The notes under the pieces were generated by a model that saw only the letters and a list, made by a program, of their open reading frames with translations, had not been told where the DNA came from and did not search any database. Shown piece by piece: positions 1 through 7,855 of a DNA stretch of 32,000 bases; within the stretch, counting starts at the first letter, position 1; every line of letters starts with the position of its first letter. A program made the translations under genes and the position numbers. Origin of the DNA: an uncultured archaeon (GTDB taxonomy: Archaea; Iainarchaeota; Iainarchaeia; Iainarchaeales; 0-14-0-20-30-16); assembly GCA_964565725.1 (NCBI GenBank), contig CAZMGA010000002.1, positions 1-32,000 of the forward strand, given 5' to 3'.

Positions 1-33
1 GTTAAGATTTTTATCTTAACTTTTCTTTTTTTT
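1..33 (+). terminator. Hairpin plus oligo-T, probable terminator of a + strand gene lying upstream of the window
   Basis: GTTAAGAT-TTTT-ATCTTAAC perfect 8-bp stem with 4-nt loop (1-20), followed directly by TTTTCTTTTTTTT (21-33). Confidence 0.5.
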
Positions 34-51
34 AAATTTAAAAACAAAACG

Positions 52-65
52 TATTTAAATAAATA
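52..65 (+). promoter_or_regulatory. TATA-like element upstream of the membrane-protein cassette
   Basis: TATTTAAATAAATA is centred about 23 nt upstream of ATG 81 and no SD lies in between, suggesting a leaderless or very short leader. AT-rich background makes this weak. Confidence 0.3.
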
Positions 66-80
66 GTTATTACTTTTATT

Positions 81-416
81 ATGTTTGATTTAATATTTAT
101 AGCTATAGGCCAATTTTTTTCAGATATGGGCTTTATTATAAGAATTTTTTTATTAGTTGCTATATTAGGTTTTTTAAATCAACACATAGAAAATAAAATA
201 TTAAAAACTATTGTAGCAATATTTATGGTTTTTATAACTGTTTTTGTAGATTGGAAATTTTACGGTACTTTATATTTTGTTTATGCAATTTTAGGTATGG
301 GTATTTCAAGTATGGTTGTAGATTATTTCTTTATGGGTAATATGGGTGAAGAACATGGTCAACAAGGACAAGAACAAGGTAATCCTTTAGGATTTATGCC
401 TGGTAGAAAGAGGTAG
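81..416 (+). CDS. Small polytopic membrane protein (about 3 TM) with Gly/Gln/Glu-rich C-terminal tail, unknown family
   Basis: 111-aa ORF with hydrophobic stretches IFIAIGQFF, IIRIFLLVAILGFL, IVAIFMVFITVFV and LYFVYAILGMGISSMVV. The tail is GEEHGQQGQEQGNPLGFMPGRKR. First gene of a coupled five-gene set. Confidence 0.6.
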   Translation: MFDLIFIAIGQFFSDMGFIIRIFLLVAILGFLNQHIENKILKTIVAIFMVFITVFVDWKFYGTLYFVYAILGMGISSMVVDYFFMGNMGEEHGQQGQEQGNPLGFMPGRKR

Positions 417-420
417 TTAA

Positions 421-774
421 ATGAATAATAAAGGATTTCATATATTAGGTTTTATTGTTATTGGTTTTGTATTAGTGTTATTAGTACCTTTTGTTTTGAT
501 GCGATTAAACTCTATGAGTAAAGTTTTATTTCAGATTATTATGGTTTTTACAATAATTGGTTATGTTAAACAAATGGGTTTAGATGGAGCTTTAATGTGG
601 ATAATTTCTGGTGTATTGTGTTATTTTATAGTATATAAATATATAGACTTATTTGCTAGTTTATATATGTTAATGTTATTGATGGGATTTGGATTCACTT
701 CTGCAATAATGTGGGGTTCCAATACTGTTAAAAGAAAAGTTGATGGTTTTTTGTCTCGGAGGTCTGCTAAATGA
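421..774 (+). CDS. Small polytopic membrane protein (3-4 TM), unknown family
   Basis: 117-aa hydrophobic ORF. GAGGT lies 6 nt upstream of the ATG, which sits 4 nt after the previous stop. Confidence 0.6.
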   Translation: MNNKGFHILGFIVIGFVLVLLVPFVLMRLNSMSKVLFQIIMVFTIIGYVKQMGLDGALMWIISGVLCYFIVYKYIDLFASLYMLMLLMGFGFTSAIMWGSNTVKRKVDGFLSRRSAK

Positions 775-1007
775 TATTATTAGATGTGGTTTTGGGGACT
801 CTTTCAGGAGATATTTGGTTAGCGTTAGCTCTATATTTTGCAATTTTAGCTTTTGGTTGGGCTAAAGGTAAATTAGGAGATTTAAAAGCTGCAGTTATTT
901 TTGTATTAATTTTAGTGTTAATTATTTTGAATCATACTGATTTAATATGGGTAATTGTAGGAGTATATTTGTTTATTACTTATGGTAAACAGATATTTAA
1001 GGTGTAA
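771..1007 (+). CDS. Small membrane protein (about 3 TM), unknown family
   Basis: 78-aa ORF with ATGA start/stop overlap with the upstream gene and GGAGGT at 758-763. Confidence 0.55.
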   Translation: MILLDVVLGTLSGDIWLALALYFAILAFGWAKGKLGDLKAAVIFVLILVLIILNHTDLIWVIVGVYLFITYGKQIFKV

Positions 1008-1009
1008 AG

Positions 1010-1336
1010 ATGGATTTATTTACTTTCGCAATATCCTTAATGATTATGTTAATGGCTTTTCAATATAATTATATTTGGTTAGCTGTTTTAATTGGTGTAA
1101 TTATAATGTTTATGGGTAAACAAAAGAGTATATTTATAATAGTTTTGATTCTACTTATATTATTATTCTTTATAAATAAAACCCCTTATTCTAAATATGG
1201 AATTGTTTTGGTGGGTTTTGGGATAGGAATATATTTGTTTATGAATAGAAAGGAAAATGATGGTTCAGATACCTATAGTCCTGAAGATCAATATGGTGAT
1301 TTATTGAAAGGATTAGGTGGGTCTGGAGGAATGTAA
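1010..1336 (+). CDS. Small membrane protein (about 3 TM) with acidic/Gly-rich tail, possible paralogue of the 771-1007 product
   Basis: 108-aa ORF with AAGGTG at 999-1004. It shares the pattern GK, then IF..VLIL, then N(H/K)T, then VG..YLF with the preceding protein. The tail is NDGSDTYSPEDQYGDLLKGLGGSGGM. Confidence 0.55.
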   Translation: MDLFTFAISLMIMLMAFQYNYIWLAVLIGVIIMFMGKQKSIFIIVLILLILLFFINKTPYSKYGIVLVGFGIGIYLFMNRKENDGSDTYSPEDQYGDLLKGLGGSGGM

Positions 1337-1681
1337 ATGAGATATATTTTTTTGATAGTAGGTTTGTTATTAGTTGTAGGTGCAATGGCAAGCCCTAATT
1401 TATTTTATTTAGGATTAGTATTTATGTTTTTATCATTCATATTTAGTACTCATAAAAATGATTCTATTACTAAAATTGAAGATAAAAGATCTTTGTCTGA
1501 AAGATTAGACAAATTTAATATTAATGTGCCTGATAAAAGTTTATCTAATTTAGTTGAAGATGCAATGGCTGTAACTGCAAAAATAACTAAAGGAGAAAAA
1601 CCAGATGTAAGTGCAAAAAATATAGTTAAAGGAACAGTAAAAACAATTGATGGTTTTACTAGTGTATTTAAAAATAATTAA
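1337..1681 (+). CDS. Membrane-anchored protein (2 N-terminal TM plus polar domain of about 75 aa), unknown family
   Basis: 114-aa ORF whose ATG directly abuts the previous stop, with GGAGGA at 1325-1330. Confidence 0.55.
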   Translation: MRYIFLIVGLLLVVGAMASPNLFYLGLVFMFLSFIFSTHKNDSITKIEDKRSLSERLDKFNINVPDKSLSNLVEDAMAVTAKITKGEKPDVSAKNIVKGTVKTIDGFTSVFKNN

Positions 1682-2919
1682 TTTTTTAATTTAATTATTT
1701 CTTTTGCTAATTTATCTGAATCATGTCTAATTATTATTTTATTATTAATTACATTTGTTTTTATGAATTTTTTGTTGTTATTAAATATAGGTTCAACAAA
1801 TATTTTATTTTCTTTTAAGTAGTTATTAATTATTTTTTTAGATGGTTTTTTATTATTAAAAATAACATAATCTAAATTAACATATTTATCAATCCATTCT
1901 AAATAATTTTCTGCTTTAAAACCATGTGTTTCAGGATAATTTGTAAAAACATTACATATGTAAACTTTTTTGGCTTTACTTTTATTAATTAAATCTGTAA
2001 ACCCTTCAACAAGTAAATTTGGAATTACACTTGTAAATAAATCCCCTGGCCCTAAAACTATGATATCTGCTTCTTCAACAGCTTTTTTAATATCTGGATT
2101 TAATTTTACTTTATTTGTTAAATATATATCTGTAATTCCTAATGCTTTTTGACCTATGTTAAATTCCCCCTTAATTTCTAAATTACCATGTAATTTTGCA
2201 ATTAATTCACATTTATCATAAGTTATTGGTAAAACTTTTCCCCTAATTCTTAATAAATCAGAAAATTGTTTTATTGCTTCTTTTAAACCTAAATCTTCTG
2301 TTAGTTTAGTTAAAATTAAATTTCCTATTGGATGTCCTTTTAATTTTGTCTTATCAAATCTTAATTTAAATATATTTGTTTGTTTTTCATTTAATGTTGA
2401 TAATGCAATAATGCTATTTCTTAAATCCCCAGGTGGAAGAATGCCAAACTCTGTTTTTAAAATTTGACTTGAGCCTCCTGAGTCCATAGTAGAGACTATT
2501 GCAGAAATATTTGAAGTGTAATTTTTTAAACCGTATAAACAAGTGTATTGTCCTGTTCCTCCACCAATAGTAATTATTTTTGGGCCTTTTGATAATTTAG
2601 ATTCAAAATAAGTTTTGTTAAATAAATCTTCATTAAAATGTTGAAAATATCTATATATTTTATATAATGAATAAAATGCAATAAATAAACCTAAAATTAT
2701 TAGAATACTTGCCAAAATAACATGAAAAGAGCTTCTTAAAGTAATAATATGATAAAACTTTTTTTGCAAAAATAAAAAGAATTTTAATAAATAAGGATAT
2801 AATCCTAGCAATATTGCTAAAAATATAATAATATTACCTAAAATGAAAATAAGAATCCAAGATTTTAAAGAATAAGTTAAAAATATGCTCTTTTTAATAG
2901 AGTCTTTAATTTTTTTCAT
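1678..2919 (-). CDS. CofD/YvcK-family (UPF0052, 2-phospho-L-lactate transferase-like) protein with an N-terminal transmembrane anchor
   Basis: Family motifs ITIGGGTGQYTCLYGLK, STMDSGGSSQIL and LPPGDLRNSIIAL. The first 95 aa or so contain about 3 hydrophobic helices (WILIFILGNIIIFLAILLGL, LLKFFLFL, VILASILIILGLFIAFYSL). Confidence 0.75.
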   Translation of the reverse strand: MKKIKDSIKKSIFLTYSLKSWILIFILGNIIIFLAILLGLYPYLLKFFLFLQKKFYHIITLRSSFHVILASILIILGLFIAFYSLYKIYRYFQHFNEDLFNKTYFESKLSKGPKIITIGGGTGQYTCLYGLKNYTSNISAIVSTMDSGGSSQILKTEFGILPPGDLRNSIIALSTLNEKQTNIFKLRFDKTKLKGHPIGNLILTKLTEDLGLKEAIKQFSDLLRIRGKVLPITYDKCELIAKLHGNLEIKGEFNIGQKALGITDIYLTNKVKLNPDIKKAVEEADIIVLGPGDLFTSVIPNLLVEGFTDLINKSKAKKVYICNVFTNYPETHGFKAENYLEWIDKYVNLDYVIFNNKKPSKKIINNYLKENKIFVEPIFNNNKKFIKTNVINNKIIIRHDSDKLAKEIIKLKN

Positions 2920-2935
2920 ATATAATATACCTAAT

Positions 2936-2949
2936 TAAATATAAATATT
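2936..2949. promoter_or_regulatory. Central AT-rich TATA-like element of a 47-bp divergent intergenic region
   Basis: TTAAATATAAATAT is centred about 24 nt from both ATG 2967 (+) and ATG 2919 (-). Neither gene has an SD. Confidence 0.35.
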
Positions 2950-2966
2950 TTTGTTATTTTTATTAT

Positions 2967-4076
2967 ATGGTTACTAATTTTGATTTTGAATATGCTAATG
3001 CTTTAAAAAAATATGATGAGGCAAAAACAATAGAAGAAAAGATTAAAGCAATGGAATATATGATAAGTGCTGCGCCCAGTCATAAAGGAGCTGAAAATTT
3101 AAGAGCTGATTTAACAAAAAGGTTAACTAAACTAAAAGCTAAATTAGATTCTCAAAAAGTAGTAAGTGGTTCAAAATCATTAAAGTTTACAAAAGAAGGA
3201 TCTGCAACTTGTGTATTATTAGGTTTACCAAATTCAGGTAAAAGTACTTTTTTATCAAAAGTAACTAATGCAACCCCAAAAATAAGTAATTATAATTTCA
3301 CTACAAAAGTTCCTGAAATTGGTGTTATGAATTATAATGGTGCAAAAATACAAATTGTTGAATTGCCTGCAATAGTTGAAGATAGTTATAAAGGCAAAGC
3401 AAGAGGTAAAGAAATTTTAAGTTTGGCTCGAAATGGTGATTTAATAATATTAATATGTTTGGGTAATTTAGATTATGTAAAATACTCTTTATCTATATTA
3501 AAAAATGAATTAGTTAAAAGTGGAATTATTATTAATAAAACTAAACCAAATATAAGCCTTAAAAAAACAAGTAATCCTGGAGTAGAGTTGGTGGGTATTC
3601 AAAATATAATTGATGGTAAAGATAAATTATTAAATTTATTAGAACAAAACAATATTTCTCATATTATTTTAAGGATTGATGAAAAAACAAATTCTAAAGA
3701 TGTTTTCGAAGCTTTAGATATTACTAAAAATTATAAAAAAATTATTGGTATTTGGCTAGATGGTAAGGAAGATTTCAAATATGAAAATATAAATGTATTT
3801 GCTTTCAATGATAAAATTTATGATAAAATATATAGTTCTTTAGATTTAGTAATAATTTATACTCGAAAACCAGGAGAAAAAGACATAGATAATATTCCTG
3901 TAGCTTTAAAAAAAAATTCTACTATTGAAAACTTATGTTCTTTTTTACACAAAGATTTTTTGAGTAAATTTAAATTTGCAAAAGTATGGGGTTCTTCAAA
4001 GTATCCAGGTCAACAAGTACCTTTAAATTATATTTTGAAAGATAAAGATATTGTAGAATTGTATATAAAAAGTTAA
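2967..4076 (+). CDS. DRG/Obg-like GTP-binding protein with C-terminal TGS domain and variant G3/G4 motifs
   Basis: N-terminal IEEKIKAME...LKAKL, G1 GLPNSGKST, G2 region YNFTTKVPEIG, the DRG insert GIIINKTKPNISLKK, and TGS-like IIYTRKPGEK...AKVWGSSKYPGQQV...DKDIVELY. Confidence 0.8.
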   Translation: MVTNFDFEYANALKKYDEAKTIEEKIKAMEYMISAAPSHKGAENLRADLTKRLTKLKAKLDSQKVVSGSKSLKFTKEGSATCVLLGLPNSGKSTFLSKVTNATPKISNYNFTTKVPEIGVMNYNGAKIQIVELPAIVEDSYKGKARGKEILSLARNGDLIILICLGNLDYVKYSLSILKNELVKSGIIINKTKPNISLKKTSNPGVELVGIQNIIDGKDKLLNLLEQNNISHIILRIDEKTNSKDVFEALDITKNYKKIIGIWLDGKEDFKYENINVFAFNDKIYDKIYSSLDLVIIYTRKPGEKDIDNIPVALKKNSTIENLCSFLHKDFLSKFKFAKVWGSSKYPGQQVPLNYILKDKDIVELYIKS

Positions 4077-4081
4077 TAAAA

Positions 4082-4756
4082 TTAATTTTCAAATCTAATA
4101 TTATTTAATTCTAATTTTATTTTTTTATCATTTACTATATATAATCTATCTGCAAAATTATAAAACAAACCAGTTTCTAAAATTCCTGGAACATCTTTTA
4201 ATTTAAAATCTAAATCTTGATAGTCAAAATATTTTTTATTTAAATTCAAATCTAAAATATAATTTGATTCCAAAGTTCTAACTTTTTGATTATTTTTTTC
4301 TCTTATTTTTGTATCTCCAAAACAAAATAATTCATCTTGAATTTGTTTAGTTCCAAATCTTGAAACTTCTAAAGGAATTAAAGGGAAATTTTTATTATAA
4401 CTATTTATATCTACAAAAATGTAGCATTTTTCAGAATAACGTGCAATCATTTTATCCCTAATTAAACTATGAGCATGTGTTTTAATGTAGTTATAAGAAT
4501 TATCTGCATAATCTGCAAAATCAATACATAAATCTATATTATTGTTTACGGAACTTGTTTTAAGATTAAATTCATTAGCTAATTTTGCTATGTCTATTGA
4601 TGTAGGTACAATTTTAATATTTAAATCTTTTATAATATTATGCAATGCTAATTCTTTTAATAATAATAAAGATGGTTTAGATGTACCTAATGCTAAAACG
4701 CTATTTGGTTTTATTTGTTCTGCTATAAATTTTGCAATAAATTCTTTACTTAACAT
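4082..4756 (-). CDS. Ribose-5-phosphate isomerase A-like protein with diverged active-site motifs
   Basis: Collinear with RpiA: LALGTSKPS (GTGST loop), IVPTS, IDFADYAD (DGADE), IKTHAHSLIRDK (IKGGGAALxREK), PLIPLEV, and VPGILETGLF. Start moved from TTG 4768 to ATG 4756, 1 nt after the upstream stop, with GAGGGT as SD. Confidence 0.6.
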   Translation of the reverse strand: MLSKEFIAKFIAEQIKPNSVLALGTSKPSLLLLKELALHNIIKDLNIKIVPTSIDIAKLANEFNLKTSSVNNNIDLCIDFADYADNSYNYIKTHAHSLIRDKMIARYSEKCYIFVDINSYNKNFPLIPLEVSRFGTKQIQDELFCFGDTKIREKNNQKVRTLESNYILDLNLNKKYFDYQDLDFKLKDVPGILETGLFYNFADRLYIVNDKKIKLELNNIRFEN

Positions 4757-4757
4757 A

Positions 4758-6056
4758 TTAACCCTCAAAATCGAATTTTATCTCATTTTCTTCTTTGTTT
4801 TTATTTTTGTATTTTTTAATTAAATTAATAACTATAACTACAATCAATGTTAAACCCAATCCTAAAGCGACGTACAAATATAATGGTTTTGATTTTTCTT
4901 CTTCTTCATTATAATTTGAATCTAAAATTACATTGTTATTATTAGTATTAGTAATAAATCCTTTTTCATTTATGCTTAATGCAATAGTGATTAATGGTAA
5001 TATTTGTGTTTTTGCTTTTGAATATTCTCTTGAATCTAAATAATTATACATTTTATTATAATCTTCTAAAAATTTAACTATTTCATCATAAGATTGAAAG
5101 TTATTTTTATTTTGAATAATATAATTAAATAATGTACTTGCATTATTATATTTTGTATTTTTAGAAATTAATTCGTCTTCTTTTAAAATTGCATCAATAA
5201 AAACTTTTCTTTTTACTCTATTATCGTAATTATTGTATAATAATTCTAAATTATTTAAATTATTAGAATATTCTTCGGAATTATTAATTTTCAATGTTGT
5301 TTCTCTTATGGTTGCTAATTGTTGAGGTATATTATCAAAATCAGCTGGTAAAATTAATCCTGAATTTCCAATGTTATATTTTAATTCTGTTGATGCATTT
5401 GAATCCATTAAACTAATTTTTAATATTAATATACTATCTTTTAATTTAGCAATGCCATTTATTATTTCTGAATCTAATTTTATGATTTCTTTATTTATTG
5501 AAATTATTTCTTGATAATTATCATAAGAATTTATTTTATAGTTGGCATCTAAATTTAATAAGTTTAAAGTTAATTCTTTTGTAGATTTTCCTAAATTTAT
5601 TGCATTAGTTTGAATGTTTGTGAAATTATTTATTAAAATTACATTAGAATCCTCTTTTGCTAATTCTCTTTTCATTAATTCTAAGTTATAATTAAAATTA
5701 TTTATTATTGATGGAAATGTATTGAAATAATAAGCGCTATTATTTAAATTAATTGAATCTATTTTTGAAAAAAATAAATATGTTTTTAAAATATTTTTAT
5801 AATCCTCTTTTTTAATTTCTGAATTAATATTTGTATCTTTTAAAATTAAAATATCTTTAGAATTAGTTTCTAAAACCCAAAAATCATTTTTATTATAGAT
5901 TATTTTTGAAGCACTAGAAATATTTTCTGTATTGTTTAATGTATCTATAAGATTTAATTCTTTTGTTTTGTTAATTATTTCATCATTAGTATAACAAAAA
6001 ATATTTGTAGAAAAAATAATTAGAAAAAAAATTAAAATTATTTTTTTATATTGCAT
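4758..6056 (-). CDS. Secreted, C-terminally membrane-anchored Asn-rich surface protein, unknown family
   Basis: N-terminal signal-like KKIILIFFLIIFSTNIFC, C-terminal TM LYLYVALGLGLTLIVVIVINLI followed by a basic KKYKNKNK tail, and at least 7 N-x-S/T sequons. Confidence 0.6.
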   Translation of the reverse strand: MQYKKIILIFFLIIFSTNIFCYTNDEIINKTKELNLIDTLNNTENISSASKIIYNKNDFWVLETNSKDILILKDTNINSEIKKEDYKNILKTYLFFSKIDSINLNNSAYYFNTFPSIINNFNYNLELMKRELAKEDSNVILINNFTNIQTNAINLGKSTKELTLNLLNLDANYKINSYDNYQEIISINKEIIKLDSEIINGIAKLKDSILILKISLMDSNASTELKYNIGNSGLILPADFDNIPQQLATIRETTLKINNSEEYSNNLNNLELLYNNYDNRVKRKVFIDAILKEDELISKNTKYNNASTLFNYIIQNKNNFQSYDEIVKFLEDYNKMYNYLDSREYSKAKTQILPLITIALSINEKGFITNTNNNNVILDSNYNEEEEKSKPLYLYVALGLGLTLIVVIVINLIKKYKNKNKEENEIKFDFEG

Positions 6057-6058
6057 AA

Positions 6059-6496
6059 TTATTCCTTTTTTAATAATTCTTTTACTTGTTTATAAGTTAC
6101 ATATTCCAAAGGATTAATTGAATCAATTAAATATTTCATTTCCATAAACTCTTTTCTTGTAATATAAATTTCTTTTTGATTATCTATTTTACTTGATAAC
6201 TCTTCAATATCTGCTTTTAAGGAATTTATTTTATTATATAATTCTTTTATTTGTGATTTTAAACTATCTAATTCTTCAACATTTATTGAATTTCCTGAAT
6301 TATTTCCTTGATTTGTATCAATTTTTAAATCTAATTTTTTTATTTTGTCATTTAAAACAATTATATTTTGACTTAATATTTTTTCATTTCTTATTAAATA
6401 ACCTATTTTTTGAGATAAAAGCATTATTGTTGTGTTTATTGCTTTTACACTTGAATTTACTTGTATTTCTTGTTCGGGACTATTTTGTATTGCCAT
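6059..6496 (-). CDS. Coiled-coil protein, unknown function
   Basis: 145-aa ORF with heptad-like I/L/K/E-rich stretches (LNDKIKKLDLKI, LKSQIKELYNKINSLKADIEELSSKI). GTGAG lies 4 nt upstream of the ATG. Its stop is 2 nt before the start of the next gene. Confidence 0.55.
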   Translation of the reverse strand: MAIQNSPEQEIQVNSSVKAINTTIMLLSQKIGYLIRNEKILSQNIIVLNDKIKKLDLKIDTNQGNNSGNSINVEELDSLKSQIKELYNKINSLKADIEELSSKIDNQKEIYITRKEFMEMKYLIDSINPLEYVTYKQVKELLKKE

Positions 6497-6626
6497 AATC
6501 TCACTTATAATATAAAATAAGATATATAATTCATAAAACTATATAAACTTTTTTATTATATAATATTTCTTAATTGAAGAACGATTTTGCAAATTAATTA
6601 AAAAGTTATCTAAATGATGTGTTTTT

Positions 6627-7646
6627 ATGTTAAAAATTCCTTTTGAAATACAAACAGATTTAGAAAAAAAACATTATAAAATTGTAGGTAAACATAGTGC
6701 TGTTCAAATATGTGAATGGACTAAAAAATCTTTAAGAGATGAAGGAGATTGTTATAAAAAACAATTTTATGGTGTTGAAACTTATTCTTGTTGTCAAATA
6801 TCTCCAAATGTAATGTGGTGTGATCAAAATTGTATATTTTGTTGGAGACCTGCTGAAAATATGCTAAAAAAAGATATTAAAGAAGAAGTTGAAGATCCAA
6901 AAGATTTGATTCCTGAATTTGTTAAAAAAAGATATTTATTATTAACTGGTTTTTTAGGTAGTGAAAAAGTAAATAAAGAAAAAGCAAAAATATTCAGGAA
7001 CGAATTTCCTAGTCATTGGGCAATTTCTCTAAGTGGAGAACCAACTTTATATTCCAAATTATCACAATTAGTAAAAGAATTAAAAAAACATAAAGAAGTA
7101 AAAAGTATTTTTATTGTAAGTAATGGTCAAAATCCTAAAGCTATAAAAAAATTAGAGAAAGAAAAATCTTTGCCAACCCAATTATATATTTCATTAGATG
7201 CTTGGGATGAAGATTCGTATAATAAAATTAATAAGGGGATAAGAAAAGATGCTTGGAAAAGATTATTAAAAACTTTAAAAATGTTAAATAAATTAAAAAC
7301 TCGAACAGTAATTAGATTAACAGTTATAAAAAGTTTAAATGATTCAAAAAAAGCAATAAAAGAATTTGCAAAAATAATTGATGAATCAAATCCTGATTTT
7401 TTGGAAATTAAAAGTTATATGCATTTAGGTTATAGTAGAGAAAGATTAAACAGAGAAAATATGCCTTCAAATGAAGATTTAAATGAGTTTTGTAAAGAAT
7501 TAGATAAATATTTAAAAAATTTAAAATTTGAAGATAAATGTTTACCTTCAAAAATTATTTTATATAAAAATACAGGTAAAAATAAAAAGAAGAAAATACC
7601 TAATAGATGGATTATTCCTAAAAATAAACAAAGGTTTAAAATATAA
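6627..7646 (+). CDS. taw1: tRNA 4-demethylwyosine synthase (Taw1/TYW1, radical SAM)
   Basis: HSAVQICEWTKKSL...CYKKQFYG...CCQISP...WCDQNCIFCWR gives the radical-SAM CxxxCxxC plus upstream auxiliary-cluster cysteines typical of Taw1. Confidence 0.85.
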   Translation: MLKIPFEIQTDLEKKHYKIVGKHSAVQICEWTKKSLRDEGDCYKKQFYGVETYSCCQISPNVMWCDQNCIFCWRPAENMLKKDIKEEVEDPKDLIPEFVKKRYLLLTGFLGSEKVNKEKAKIFRNEFPSHWAISLSGEPTLYSKLSQLVKELKKHKEVKSIFIVSNGQNPKAIKKLEKEKSLPTQLYISLDAWDEDSYNKINKGIRKDAWKRLLKTLKMLNKLKTRTVIRLTVIKSLNDSKKAIKEFAKIIDESNPDFLEIKSYMHLGYSRERLNRENMPSNEDLNEFCKELDKYLKNLKFEDKCLPSKIILYKNTGKNKKKKIPNRWIIPKNKQRFKI

Positions 7647-7855
7647 TAAAAAATATAAAAAAAGTAAAGTAATATGTAATTAATACTATTTTTGCCTTAC
7701 ATTTATAAACCTTTCCTTATCTATATTATTAATAATCTATTTGTGTTGGGACACAATTAGGCATGTCGATTTTTTGCAATATGCATTAAAAAATTAAATT
7801 TAATAAAAAAATATTAATTAAATAATGAAATATATAGTATACAAAGGTGTAAAAG

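Noticed and set aside
81-1681. The five small membrane proteins as Mrp/Mnh or Mbh antiporter small subunits
   Set aside because: Size and TM count are reminiscent. However, I see none of the conserved charged intramembrane residues or motifs of MnhC/F/G, and there is no large MnhA/D-type subunit nearby. I kept them as unknown.
1970-2152. 60-aa plus-strand ORF
   Set aside because: It lies inside and antisense to the CofD/YvcK-like gene, whose family motifs confirm the minus-strand frame.
4542-4823. 93-aa plus-strand ORF
   Set aside because: It is antisense across the junction of the RpiA-like gene and the surface-protein gene, with no SD and low-complexity content.
6193-6498. 101-aa plus-strand ORF
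   Set aside because: It is antisense to the coiled-coil gene. The Leu/Phe-rich product mirrors the K/E/I/N-rich sense strand, and it has no start context.
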